64,000 nucleotides of DNA from Botryllus schlosseri (taxonomy: Eukaryota): contig CM119372.1 of NCBI GenBank assembly GCA_051294905.1, positions 4,962,001-5,026,000 of the forward strand. The letters run 5' to 3'. Positions within the stretch are counted from its first letter, which is position 1. Each line of letters begins with the position of its first letter. A program made the position numbers and the translations under genes. This document shows positions 37,373-50,800 of this stretch, one piece after another. The notes under the pieces are model-generated. The model ran no database searches. It was not told the DNA's origin and saw only the letters and a list, made by a program, of their open reading frames with translations.

Positions 37373-38156
37373 AGTCAGCGTGCTTCTGCCAGTCAGCGTG
37401 CTGTTAATACTCTTCAACTCTCTATTCCTATCAAAGTTACAATACGGAATTCTTTGTTGGGGTGCTGCCTGCAAGAATACAATTGACCCACTGCAAAAAC
37501 TTCAACATCGGATCATCCGTATCATTGCCAAAGCCCCACGGAGGCCTGGATGTGCAACTGATAAATCGCTTCTCAAAAGATTTGGTGTTCTAAACTTAGA
37601 AGATATGAGGAAGCTAGAAATTGCCAAGTTTATGTATCAGTTCCATTGCGGTCAATGTCCCTCAAATTTCAAGGACTACTTCACCTCGGAGACAAAAGCG
37701 CACAAGTACAGCACACGCGCGTCAACGAAGAACAACTACCATATGATCAGGACTGAATACAAGAAAACGCATTGCTCTATCAAGTATGCCGGACCCCAAT
37801 TGTGGAACAGCATCTCGCCGGCTATCCGACAGTCGTCGAGCATGTCCGCATTCAAGTCGAAATACAAGCAATTTCTTCTAAATCAATACTAGCCAGTCTT
37901 CAGGATTACCGGACCACGACCTAACATCGACCTCGCCCTCCGCCACATGCCACACCATTTTGTCGCTTGCGTCTTATATTCTCTGCATTACTTTTCATTC
38001 AGTGTGCATGCCTCTTATTTACTTCGCCTAGGCTAAGGTGGGTGTCTGATCTTAATGGCTACTCCAAGTTGTTTCGACACCCTCCTATCTTTTCATTGTA
38101 TCGCAGTCTTGTGATGTTTTGAAACAATGAAAATATTAATAAACCTGACTGACTGA
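37373..38156 (+). mobile_element. 5'-truncated LINE copy, near-identical to 29988-30762
   Basis: Same ORF2 tail and 3' UTR with only scattered substitutions; (GACT)n tail; ACAAG flanks both ends (possible short TSD). Confidence 0.93.
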
Positions 38157-38159
38157 CAA

Positions 38160-39025
38160 GAATCAGACCCTATTCAAAATGGACGTCAGAAATACGTGAT
38201 CTTAGCTTGCTCTTCGTGAATTTCATTGTTCACAACTATTGTTCACAAAAATCGATGCAATTTCTTTTGCATTGCTGGTCAAGCTGGGATAAAGACCAAT
38301 TTCAAGAACGTAGTCTTTGTCAAAGTCATGCAGCGATATGCTCTTTGTATGAAATTTGTCATTCAATTCAACTGCATCGCATTTCAGAAAGGCCCATTTG
38401 AAATTTTCAGGCAATGGTATTGGCGTCCGCATTAAACAGAGTACTGAATAGTCAGGATTCATTTTGTAGAGAAGGAATGTCGGAAAAGCGGGTGAATATT
38501 CAGTAGGTAAATTTCGTATCACAGTTACAAATGTAGTGTTGGTACTAGGTTTTCTCTCCTCCAGTATAGGAAAGTTAGCATAATTTTCTTTGTACTGTTG
38601 ACATTTCCAGAGTCACAGATTTGTTTTGTATGTGCCTCAACATCTCATGTATTTAGTTGTTTTCCCCCTGGAGTTGCAAATTCAATTTGTTCAGATGTGA
38701 CGTTAAATGTACCAGGAAAGCAAGATGAGATACCCATTTTCGATTACAAGATTATGAGTCGGCGATATTTGTGTTTTCGAGGAAAGTTGCTATTTCATTT
38801 CTCAGTTCATACACTCGTGTAAGCATAGCTGATGCTCGACTCAATGAGCGAACATGACAGATATAGGCCTGCATGACATCGCCATATTGATTCTCTGCTT
38901 CTAGTAATATCTGGCGTAACTGATTCACTTATTGAGACAAAAATCATATTAACAGTTTTCACCATTGCGGCCAAAACACTATTCAGGTTTTTTGTCTTGG
39001 CACACAATGCCTTCTGGAAAATCAA
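38160..39025 (-). pseudogene. Decayed GTF2IRD2/SPIN-like (Charlie/Buster) transposase
   Basis: Fragments QKALCAKTKNLNSVLAAMVKTVNMI, LKCDAVELNDKF...LYPSLTSNAKEIASIF...CEQ and MKFTKSKLRSRISDVHFE resemble the Buster-type C-terminus; frameshifts and stops are present. Confidence 0.75.
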
Positions 39026-40286
39026 ACTATAGATAGGCTAACTAACATACGTAGGCTAGTTATCTATAATTGAACGGTTTGAGATTCCGTCATTGCGTCT
39101 GAGATGTTCCAAGCGTTTTTGAAGCAAAGGAAGAACACCTTTATTGTCACAACCCGTTAGAGTGGTAAACCCTTCAAAAAAGTATGGAGCACCTTCGGTT
39201 GCGAGATACACTCGATTGATAAGCACTGATCCAGTCTAGTCTATCTCCATCTCCTACTTCAACCACCTTCGTTTTATGGCGTAACAATAGACTAATACGA
39301 TGTAGGCTACTATTATATCGTAGCAATGCCGCATTTTTTTTGATGCAGTGCTGCACTGCAGATTGAAACTCATTATGAAACGGCGGGCCGTATTCCTGTG
39401 ATAACTAATTATAATGTCGCGGGCCGGACGATTTCGCTTGGCGGGGCGGATCCGGCCCGCGGGCCGTAGGTTGCCGACCCTTGTCCTATGTTCTATTCGA
39501 GAGCTGATTCTTTTATTAATAATTAATATTCATGAATTCAAAACACCACGAGAATGGTGATTGAAATCCAGCGAGGCAGAGGCAAAAATCATTGTAAACA
39601 GTATTATACATCGTCCTTCAAAGCCATTGCGGCTGTGTGGTTGCTCAGGGAATCGCTATATTTGACAGTTCAAAGTGGAAACGAATGCTAGTAGAGGGAG
39701 GCGGCTGACGAGACCTAGCGATATCCCAAACTAATTCAGCAGTGACGAGCGGTCCAATGAGGCAGGTGAGGCAGTGCCTCACCTGTCAGGGCGAATAAGT
39801 GAAAATTGTGCAAACCCACCATGAGTTGATGATTATTGATATTTTACATCGATGTTCATAAATAACTAAATTTAAACATTTTTTTCACACGACATCATCA
39901 ATTTTCATAATTATTATTAAAAAATACAGCGCCAAACGTAAGGTGAGGCACAGGTGAGGCACGGGCGGGTCGTGCCTCACCTGCGACAATGCAATTCATC
40001 ATAAATATTATCATAAATAAATTCATAACAACTGGTATCAATCAAATGCTATCGTCACACTGATTCCGAAAATCTAAATATTAACAGTGTCAGACCACCA
40101 GAACCCCCTCAAAATCGCCAAGGAATACAACATTCGGCTTTATTACAAACAATGCCATCGCAGAGAAACAAGAGCCAGGTGAGGCACAAACGAATTTGCC
40201 TCATGCATTATTCGCTAACAATTGGACAATCGCAGCACAGTGAAACGCGCTATCGATTTCAGAATACAACAGACTTGACTCTTGAC

Positions 40287-42272
40287 CAGTGGTTCCCAAA
40301 CTTTTTCGGTGTGAGGGCCAAATTTAGAATTTCAGAGTACGGTCGGAGCCGCACGAATACTACGGCTATGAAACAGACCCAAACAGTCATCGTGGCTATT
40401 TCGGAGTAGTTTTATTGCCCTGACGAGATTTCGAAACTGTACACTGTTTACCGCTACTTATCTGCTGAATTGGGTGTCCGTTGAGTGAATCAGCTTTCCT
40501 GGCCTAAACGCGCGAAGCGCAAGAAATTTCTTTAGTTTCATGACTGAATCGGTCAATATTATCGGGAATTGCATGTATTGCTATCAATTTTCATCCTGTC
40601 TCTGTTCACGTAAACTGATTTTCCGGTAGAGCTGAATGAGGTGTGTTTTAAAAGGTATAGGCCCCCGCAATAGTAATTAAACATCTCCGGGGGTATACCC
40701 GTTCGCAGGATTGTAACAGCAATTCGTCAGAACCCCAGACTCCCATAGGGTGATAAACTGACCCCGCATCACGTTGTTCGCTTTTGCAACGAAATTAAAA
40801 TTGTACTGTTTGGTGAGACAGCGCGACGCGCGAATATTTCAATAATTCATGTAAAATCGGTGAATAAGATCGGGAATTGCATGGTTGTCCTCTTTGCCCA
40901 CGTAATTAGATTAACCGGTAGTGCTGAGTGAGAAGTGTTTTTGAAACTGCAGACCACGTAAAATTAAACATCTTCGGGCGGGCGGACCCCTAGGTATGAC
41001 TTCTTTACATGATGTTATTTCGTGACCTCCTGTCTGCTATATAAAAAAATGTAGAATTGCCCAAACCTACTAAACTGAAAGATCACACGATTTCAGATTG
41101 GTATCTTCACTGGCATATAACTTTCTTTCCTGCGGGATGGTATTTGTCTTGTGAGGTTCAGATTGCCAAGACAAGAACATTCGGCGCCAGTCATTTAGGC
41201 GCCTATATGGACAATTAAACCTATATGTATTTGGTACATATAACGAATTTTCTGGTATTTCGAAGTTTTTGGTCAGCTGCCGATCGTTCTGACACACTTC
41301 TTGGAGTCACATGTTACATGGCCTAAAACTTTATACGTCTATGAGTTGGGTGCGTTGTGGTGCTGTCATGGCCAACGGTGATATGCCCATTTCTATAAAT
41401 CTTTCGTATTTTTTCTTGGGGAAGAGTGCCCAATAAGCAAGATATGTGGCGAATTGAAATCGCGCATAGCGCGAAAAACTTTTGAAGAAGTTGCATAAAT
41501 TTCAAAAAATACTCTATAATTTATGCTAACTCACGAAATAATTTTGTGCCCCCTTCGAGCTCGGCCCCCCTCAATTGGGGGATTAGGGGTGCGACAGCTA
41601 CGGACCTGACAATAGGACTACTAATTATGCTGCTTTTAGCCGACGAAGCAGTGTGCATTTCGGCGTATTCAACCGCGAGTCACGTGTTGCATATCTATAG
41701 TTAGCATAGGGTTACCATACGTCCTCTTTTAAGATGATATGTCTTCTTTTTTGAGATTTTGTCTTCTTTTTTGAGGACTTTGGTTACATATAGGGGCAAA
41801 TTCGACTGATATACATTACGTCAGCACTGTGGGAACGCTACGGCGACTATTTCGGGAGCTGGACCGGAAAGTTGACCCTTTTTTCAATCAACCGCCTGTT
41901 AATGTGAAAGATAAACTGTATTTTCCGGGAGTTGAGCTTCTTTTTCTTTTTTAGTCTAGCGACCACGAAGTTGGAAAAATTTATACTTTTTCAGGATTTT
42001 CCTCCGGTTTTGAAATTTATCAATACCTATTTATATCTATAGCTACTGCCCATTCAACTGAAAAGTTAGGGCACATTGCATTGAAACAGCAGTGACGTAA
42101 CGTTAGGAGTCTATATACTCACAACTTTCCTGCAATTCTATAATTAAAAACTATAGAGACCAAGCCAAGCAAGAGTATTTTATAATTACATATTTTTTGT
42201 CATAAATCGATTTCTTAATATATTTTTGGGGCCGCAAGAAGGCCATCTGGGGGCCGCACTTGGGAATCACCG
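40287..42272. mobile_element. hAT element nested in 39740-44317, containing further fragments
   Basis: CAGTGGTTCCCAA...TTGGGAATCACCG; exact TSD CTCTTGAC. Contains a truncated relative of 42607-44168 (about 40440-41608) and a TAGGGTTACC-family fragment (from about 41707). Confidence 0.88.
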
Positions 42273-42606
42273 CTCTTGACTGTCTTGCAGGAATAATATA
42301 GTAGCGACGGCCAATACGTAATGCAGAGCAAATACATTCCCTTACTTATGTAGCTGCGGGGCCTACGATACTTAAGTACTTATTGTATCGTAGGCCCCGG
42401 TAGCTGTTATTTATTTTCCGTTAAATTGTGGTATGTGATAGCTACTTGTATAGGCTGCATTAACGTTTTTTTTATGCTTCGAATAATTTATACCGGTACT
42501 TGAAGAGATAGTAATTATTATCCTTCTAAACTTGCCCATTTAGCACAATAGCGACCAGTCCTAGATGTATTGTATAATGTGGAATTGCAACGGCTATCAG
42601 TGTGCA

Positions 42607-44168
42607 CAGGGCCGTAACAGCACTTCGTCAGGCCCCCCCCCAAAAACTTTGGTCTTGGGCCCCCCATAGGGTTACAGACCGAACTTCTGGGGGGATTCGC
42701 CCCCCAGACCCCCTCCGGCGATACACTGTTTACCGCTATTCCTCATATTCATTGGGAGTTTGTTTTAATGAATCAGCTTTTGTCGCCTAAGCGCACGAAG
42801 CGCGAAAAATTTCCAGAATTCATGATTTCATCGGTCAGTATGATCAGGAATTGCATATATTGTTATCAATTCCTATCTTCTCTCTGCTCACGTAATCAGA
42901 TTTGCTGGTAGAGCTGAGTGAGGTGTGTTTGAAAAGGTAGGACCAGCACTCAATAATAATTAAACATCTTCGGGCGTATACCCGTTGGCAGAAACGAAAC
43001 AGCACCTCGTCAGGCCCCCAAAAACGTGGGTCTTGGGCTCCCATGGGGTGATAAAACGACCCCCCCCCATCACGTTGTTTGCGTTTGTCACGAAATTATG
43101 TGTACTGTATTGTGAACCAGCGCGAAGCGCGAAAATTTTCGATAATTTATTATAAAATCGGTCAATCAGATCGGCGATTGCATATATAATATGCTATCAA
43201 TTTATTGTCCTCTCTGCTCACGTAATTAGATTTACCGGTAGAGCTGAGTGAAGTGTCTTGAAAACGGGAGGGCCCGTAAATAATGATTAAACATCTTCGG
43301 GCGGGCGGACCCGTTGATATGACTTCGTTACATGATGTTATTTCGTGACTTCCAGTCTGCTATATCAAAAAATATAGAATCGCCCAACTAAGAGACGCAC
43401 AAGATTTCAAATTGGTATTTCTTCACTGGCATAAAATTTTTCCCAGCGGGTTGGTATTTGTCTTGTGAGGTTCAGATTGCAAGGACAGGAACATTCGGCG
43501 CCAGTCATTTAGGCGCCTATGGACAATTAAACCTATATGTGTTTTGTATAGCCTGTATAGCGAAGTCTTCGGTCTGCATAAAGGCATAGACCTTTTCGGC
43601 CAAGCTTTTCTCGCTGCCGATCGTTCTGACACACTTCTTGGAGTTGCATGTTATATGGCCTAAAACTTGTTTGCATGTCTTGTGAGTCGTGGCGAGGTAA
43701 TGGCCCAATACCCAATACAGTCCATCCTCAAGATTACCGGACCACGACTGACCTATCGATCTCGCTTCCCATGACATGCCGGCCGATTTCTTGTCGCATT
43801 CTTTTTCTATACCATCTTCTTTACTTTCATTCAGTGTGCATGCCTCCTCATCGCCTAGGCCAAGGGGGGTGTCAGATTCCATAGACTACTCCTTGTCGCT
43901 TCGACATCTTCCTGTGTTTTCATTGTATCGCATTTTTGTGGTGTATTGAACTGATAAAATTGCTAATAAACCAATGATGATGATGATGATACCCAATAAT
44001 ATAGATAAATGGCTACATTGAATTCGCGCGCGACAAAATTTTGAAAAAATTGCATAAATTTTCAAAAAATACTCTATGATTTATGCAAATTCACGAAATA
44101 ATTTTGGGCCCCCTTCGAGCTCGGGCCCCCCCAATTGGGGGGTTTGGGGTGCGGCAGTTACGGTGCTG
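42607..44168. mobile_element. hAT (Tip100-like, GGCCCC subterminal repeats) element nested in 39740-44317
   Basis: CAGGGCCGTAAC...GTTACGGTGCTG; TSD AGTGTGCA / AGTGTGTG (6/8); internal tandem subunits. Confidence 0.78.
43718..43990 (+). mobile_element. Diverged LINE 3'-UTR fragment with a (GAT)n tail
   Basis: Similar to the 3' UTR at 30498-30750; AATAAA + (GAT)n; TSD ACCCAATA; absent from the paralogous copy near 41430. Confidence 0.8.
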
Positions 44169-44232
44169 AGTGTGTGTACCCGCTGCTGTTGTTATTCCCA
44201 TTTTGGATCTCTTTATAAGGTAAGCTACTTTG

Positions 44233-44277
44233 CGTGCGTGCGTGTGTGTGTGTGTGTGTGTGTTGGGGGGGGGGGGG
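44233..44277. repeat. (GCGT)n/(GT)n microsatellite followed by a poly-G run
   Basis: gcgtgcgtgcgtgtgtgtgtgtgtgtgtgtgttggggggggggggg. Confidence 0.9.
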
Positions 44278-44842
44278 TCCGTGCCTCACCAGCCATGAAC
44301 CTCACCGCACGTCACTGATTCAGACTGTGCTTAGGTTGTTTACGACCGGCTGAGTCCTGTACAAAATTGGGCAAAGTGATAGTCACGGATGTGGATGACC
44401 AGCTACAAATGATGCAAACGTATATGATGATTGTCCCCCTAATATGGATAAAAGAAACGGGGCCCAACTACAGATATGTCAGAAATCTCTACTATAATCC
44501 ACTATATATACTGTAACCCCACTCGAGTCTGCCACCAGTGTCGGAAAGTGCGTCTTCCATCTTCCGCTTATTCACGCTGATGACTTGCGCGAATGAGTAC
44601 CGGTCGCGTCGTGGTTGGTCGCTTAGAATTTGCAGGCACTGCTAACAATTCTATGTAAGCTCACTGTCTTCGGTATATCTCAACGGAAGTACGCGCGGGA
44701 TACGATTGCACAAAGTTATGCTATACATAACATTTTCACTTTTCTAATACAGCGCATTTGGACTGGTGGTCGATACCGGCGAATTATACATAGGTAGACT
44801 GCAGACGTGTATTGCACTTTACTCAGGTGTGAGGTCCAAAGG

Positions 44843-47800
44843 ATGAAGAAGAAAGTTCTTCCGCGAGTTTTCTTTGATGTCGAAATTGGCGGAAATACTG
44901 GTACTTAAGCCACATTTAACTGATCAATGTGACATAATTACATAGAGTTCTATTGCAGCTGGGAGAATCGTGTTCGAACTCTTTTCTGATGTCTGTCCTA
45001 AAACAACTGAAAATTTTCGAAGCCTCTGTACAGGTACGGCTCTTTGTAATTTCTTGGCTACAGTACTTGCAATTTGGATGATCGCTTTGAGAATGTTCTT
45101 TAGCAGAATTAGCTTTGTTTGCCTTCTTTTCATATCACCTGTTCTGTATATTGACCCGAATGATGAGTGGAATGGACACTAATGCAGGGCCTGTATGGAA
45201 TCGTTGTCCTGTGCTCACACAATTCTATATTTTTTAATCATTTTTTATTTAAAAATTACTTTATCTTTGAGAATCATCTCTGCTCACATGTTGATGTTAT
45301 ATCAGGCAAAACGCAAAACGTACCGAGGTTCCAGTAGGGATGCAGTGCATTAGCTTAATATGACAGTATCCATATAGGATCATTTGAACACAAAGATATC
45401 ATATTTGAAGCGAATTGCTAACATTTTCTTGTTAGCTCCATAATAAATACCCCGGTAATGTGATGCTATATTATTCTAAAATATTTTCTAAAATCAGGTG
45501 AACGAGGGCTTGGTGAAACGACTGGCAAGCCGCTGCATTATAAGGGAGTTGTATTTCATCGAGTCGTCAGAGATTTTATGATACAGAGTGGAGATTTCTC
45601 AGAAGGTACTTCTTAACTGTGTAAAATATGATTTTGGGGTATTTTGCAACGGTCATAAAATATCATGACCATTTTTAGTTATGTACTGTATGAAAATGCT
45701 TACAACTCCATTTGTCTTTCAGCTATCAGTATATTCTGTACACAATATTCCATGTGGATATGTATGAAATATTGCAAATTGTTTATCAAAGTCGAAAAAA
45801 AAGGCTGAAATGATTCTCGTAGTCAGCTGGCAATTGAAATGATTAGCAAACAATTGTTGCTATAAGCCAATTCTTATTCAACTCTTTTCGACATAGTATG
45901 CATTCATAAAAATTTCATCCTGGTTCACATTCTTCTATAGTTCAGTCATATACAGCTGTACCTTCCCTTGGAAGAACAGGCCCTTTCATCGATTTCAGGT
46001 GTCGGGGGGCCAGTATGCATGGTGATTGGTGATTTACCCTGTTTCTTATAGTTGCAAAGTTCAACAATGCTCCGATTTCACCGCCATATTACGATATCAA
46101 CTAAATGCAATGGGTTTAGCTGGATTTTATGTTGTAGTATACCTATCATTGTACATTTTGCCTGGGCTAATTATATTGCAATTCAGATATCCGTAATGGC
46201 TATTGGTAAGTTCTGTAACATGTGAAAGCTAGACATAAGTTTGTAGAAATAGTAAGTGGAGATACGTTTGGTGCATAGATGGTCTCTTGAATGTGGACAT
46301 GAACAACCTATTGAAACACCCCAAAAACTGTAGGCCTATACCATGCATTCCTGCTTTGCTATATCAAGTGAGCCTCTTGTGTTTCATACAACATACTATT
46401 CATTTCCTAAACATTACCCCACCTGTTGCACCACCAGTTGACTCATTTCGCTTTGTAACAAACAATCGGCATATTATCCATGGCTGTTTTTAATTTGAAC
46501 TTAAACTTTGTCAGGCAACGGGCGCGGAGGTGAAAGCATCTATGGTGGCTATTTCGCAGGTGAGCCGTAGTTATAATTGTTATGGTATGCTGGTGCATAG
46601 GCGCCGAGTTACGGGGTGGCGCAGCCACCCCACGACACGTTTATGGGGTGGCGGCCACCCCATACAAAAAGATTGAACGCCTGCCGTCTGCGATTTTAAA
46701 TCATCAGCGCAGTCAATTAGCGAGTCCGTGATAGCGCGTAAAGGCCAACTATTACCATTAATAGATACGAGCGCGAATAATTAAATACGCTGCTTCGTCG
46801 GCGGTGACAAACTAGTGCTTAAAACGCCCCAATAAATTGTAATAGTGATTAATAATCAGACAATCGAATGCAACCTCGTTCACGATGTCGATTTCGACAC
46901 GCTTGCGCTGAGAAACACCATGTTCCCGCTCGACCAGACGAGTGAATTCACGTTCTCCTTTCATTATTTAAATTGTATTTGCGGCTTTTGCGCCCACATT
47001 CGTTTACAAAATAATTCTTGAGTTAGTTCCGTAACAGTCTCTTTAATACTTTGCCTGCCAAGGCCTATCATGGGAATTACCAGCAAATGCCAGCAAACAA
47101 TGAATTTTCGACTAGTTGCAAATCTGACAGGGATTGGTCATGCTGATAACTAGTAACTTTGTACATCTAATGACAAACATTTTTTTTCAATATCAAGGAA
47201 TTATAAAAATATTGCAATTTTTTTGCTGCTCATTTTATGAAAAGCCATCTAGTGGTCAAACGAAAACAAGGTTGTCCAATTGTATATAGATGTGATTTAA
47301 AAAAATACTTTAGGCAACGAAAATGCTTGTTAATGACAACAAGTCTATTAAGTAGCCTCGATTACAGCCGTAATCCGGAGTTGAAACCAATTCCGGGCTT
47401 TACTGTACCCATTTGAAAAATATCCTAAATATAGGATCACTGGCACTTTTAGGGACTGTGTAAAATCATAAATATAGGATTGCTGGCAGCGAAAGTGTTA
47501 ACACTTTGGAGCTTTGGAGGCTTGGAGCGCGAAATAGGACAGTGTGTTTGTGTATGCTTGCGAATTGAAAGTCATTCCTGCGCAAAGTGCGCATATTCAT
47601 TACCCTAACAAGGCTTTGCCAACTTTTATCGGGAAATGCAACAATGCAGCTCAAACGTCGTTATAATGAGCAAACAATTGTCGCGATGTCAGACTTTTTT
47701 TTAAATTTTGATTTAGATAAAATAGTGTTTACGGTGACCGATTCTTTGTTTATTTATTAGAGTTGTGCTCACCGTAAATACTATTTTATCCAAATCAAAA

Positions 47801-50800
47801 TTTTTCGACGGCAATAACTCCGCTTCCACTGGTTGGAATTGAATCAAATTTGGCGAGGATCGTTTCTATAGACAGCCTAACACTTTAATGGAGTGAACAG
47901 AAAATTTTCAAAATTTTTATTATTCATTTTTATATAATAAATAGAAACTTTCTTCCCCTGTAGCAAAGCGGTTACTGGTTGGAATTGAACCAAATTTTGT
48001 GTGTAGGCTTAAATTAGGTAACCTAACAATTTTATCAAGTAGCCAGTAGGATTTGTGAAAAAATTCATTTTTGAAGAGCCCTATTGAACAGTGTTTTATT
48101 GCGTGTGCCTGCTAGTTGGAATTTATTCCAGTGTCCATAATATTAATCCAGTTATGCTTTGCGGACGTAAATCGGGAAATGCAGCAATGCAGTCAAAGTC
48201 GATGTTTTAATCAGCAACCAATTGTCGCAAAGTGTTGGTGGTAAAGGGTTAATTACTGATTGGCCGCGCGCGTTTATAATCATAATTCTTGTCTGTCTTT
48301 CGTGTTCCAGAATTGTCGCGCCGTGTTACATCTCACTGTGCTCAGTCCAGCGACGAATGCCGAGTGCGCGGCAATCAATGACCTAATTTCGCAATCATCT
48401 CAGCGGGAGATCGAGTCGCGGTAGATTGTTCGATGCGATATGCGTGCACAGACGAATCTCGCTAATTGGTCGCGGCCCCTCGTAACACTGATAATGCGAC
48501 TTGTTGAATTGCAACTGAATATTAGCGTCAGAAGGGTCGTTTATAAAGGACGTGGTTTTGCGTTTTAAAAAGGAGGGGGTTATGTCACCTCCCTGGCTAC
48601 GCGCCTGCCGCCGCCCCATGCAAAAATAAAAGTCGGCGCCTATGTGCTGGTGTATTCCGGGCATGGAAGGAAAATTATTTTGCTATTGATCTTTACAAGA
48701 ACGAATACTTGGTTGTAGATGACTTGAGATTTTGATTACGGTTGCTTATACTGCAACTTATCACTTTGAATTTGTAGATGAATCGTTTGAACGGAAACAT
48801 GAACGTCCGTTTCTGCTGTCCATGGCGAACAGAGGCAAGAATACCAACGGATCTCAATTTTTTATGTAAGCTTGTAACCTCGTAACGGCTTTGTGGAATA
48901 TTCTGTCATTGTGGCCTATATTTGATTTTCAGAACGACCCAACCTACACCTCATCTAGACGGGTAAGTTTTCCTTGGTCGACTGTCAAACTTTGTTGAAA
49001 TACAGTCTTCGATATCGCTATCCCCCTAAACCCGGGATGTGACTTTATTGCAGTGTTCATGTCGTGTTTGGACGTGTAGTTGACGGCGAGGCGATAGTTA
49101 AAAAAATTGAAGCACAGCCAACTGACGCCAGCAGTCGCCCGAAAAGTGAATGTAAGATTGCTCACTGTGGGGAACTTGTTTTGGCTAAGACCAAGAAAGT
49201 AAAAGGTTTGTATCTCTGAAAAAAACTTGATTTTTGATACTTTTGATGTTTCATGAGAAGTCTAGGTGATGTAGTACTGGAATTATTCTTTGTGGTGGAA
49301 TAAAGGTACATATTTTTACTTTCCACATATCTTTCATAATGTCATGACATCATGATGAGTGATTTTTGAATACTCGACTTGAAGCCTAATAATTCGGGAA
49401 TTAGATCAGTCATTTACTCGATTTTGCCAAGCTCTAGGTATAGTAGTCCCTTTGATCGATTGTGCACTGTACAATACATTTACCATAGTGAAAGAATGAA
49501 AGAAGGTCTTGTTGCCGTCGATTACGGATTGCGACTAAGAATTTTAGCTCAATTATTGACAGCATATATAAAAATTTGATTTTGACATGGTTTTATTTGT
49601 ATATCCGGCAGAATATTTCTTGAAAGTAATGTCTGATTACTGGTTTCCTTTGATTCCTAAAGTACTGTGCTGTAATGGTCTCTGTGTCGGACATCTTGGA
49701 AAAGCGGTTTCTTGGTTTTTTACGCAGCGTGGAATCAATCCGATGTAGCCTATTTGTAATCTTATCGGTGTGAAATACATTCGACTTGCTCTCTAAATTA
49801 AAGTGGTTCATATCATAGCCATCGAAATCATCAATTGCTGGCACTTATTTAGCTGCATCTATGCTACTATTGCTACTGCTTGTCATCTATAAGTCGTGTT
49901 ATCTCAATATTTTGCAGCAAAAAAGAAGAAAGAGTCCAAGAAGTCCGACAACGAAGATTCCGGAAGGTCCTCTCAGGAGTCGTCAGGCTCGGAGGACGAC
50001 AGCAAGAAAAAGAAGAAAAAGAAAAAGAAGAAGCACAAGAAAGAGAAGAAGAAACGTCGGGAGGAGAAAGTCTCTAGGTATCCCACAATTTTGATCGTTG
50101 ATCATTTGTTATTGGCGTGTCGGTTTTGCCTGGCTTGACTTTAAAATTTTTGAAACGTGTCATCTCGACTATAAAATATGCGGTCAGTCAGAATGACTCG
50201 TGACTCGGAGGTAGTGTTTAAAGTCGTTTATTCACGCTATTAAGTTCGTTGCGATTTGAATTAGCATTTGTCTCTTTGGAAAAAGCTGTAATCCTGATGC
50301 GTTTTACAGTGCTGAAGACGACAAGGAAGATAGCAAAGTTGCGGAGATCGCCGCAGACGCTTCCCACAGCACTGTGAGTGCCGCTGAAGTGCCTCCAGTC
50401 CCGGAACAAAAGTTTTTGATGCGTAGCAACGAGAGGCAGGCGAGGTAGCGTGAGGAATTGCTTTGCGTTAACGGGCGATCGGTTTACGACAGAGATTTGT
50501 CTGTTTTACAGCGATAGAAGTAACAGCACCAACACGCCAGCGTCGGCGCACAGCCAGGGACGTCAGTGGGTGTCTCGGTCCGGTCGGAAAGTCAAAGGCC
50601 GCGGAGTCCTGGTAACTTTACTGTTCTTGAACTATTTTTAGCGCTGACCACTAAATATTTTCGAATTGCTTTTTCAATCCGAGGCTTTACTTTCAGCGTT
50701 ACCGCACTCCGTCCCGATCGAGATCGAGAAGTCCCAGGAGAAGAAGCTTCCGCAGCCGTCGGGGCAGCGAGACGCCGCCTCACTGGCGCGAGGCCCAGCG

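Larger units (their letters stand above)
37139..39483 (-). mobile_element. hAT Charlie/Buster-group element carrying a decayed transposase and a LINE insertion
   Basis: CAGGGGTCGGCAACC...GGTTGCCGACCCTTG; GCGGGCCG subterminal repeats; exact TSD TCCTATGT. Confidence 0.92.
39740..44317. mobile_element. 4.6-kb composite hAT-like element (GTGAGGCA/TGCCTCAC subterminal repeats) directly upstream of the cyclophilin gene
   Basis: CAGTGACGAGCGGT...ACCGCACGTCACTG; flanked on both sides by the 6-bp repeat ATTCAG. Confidence 0.8.
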
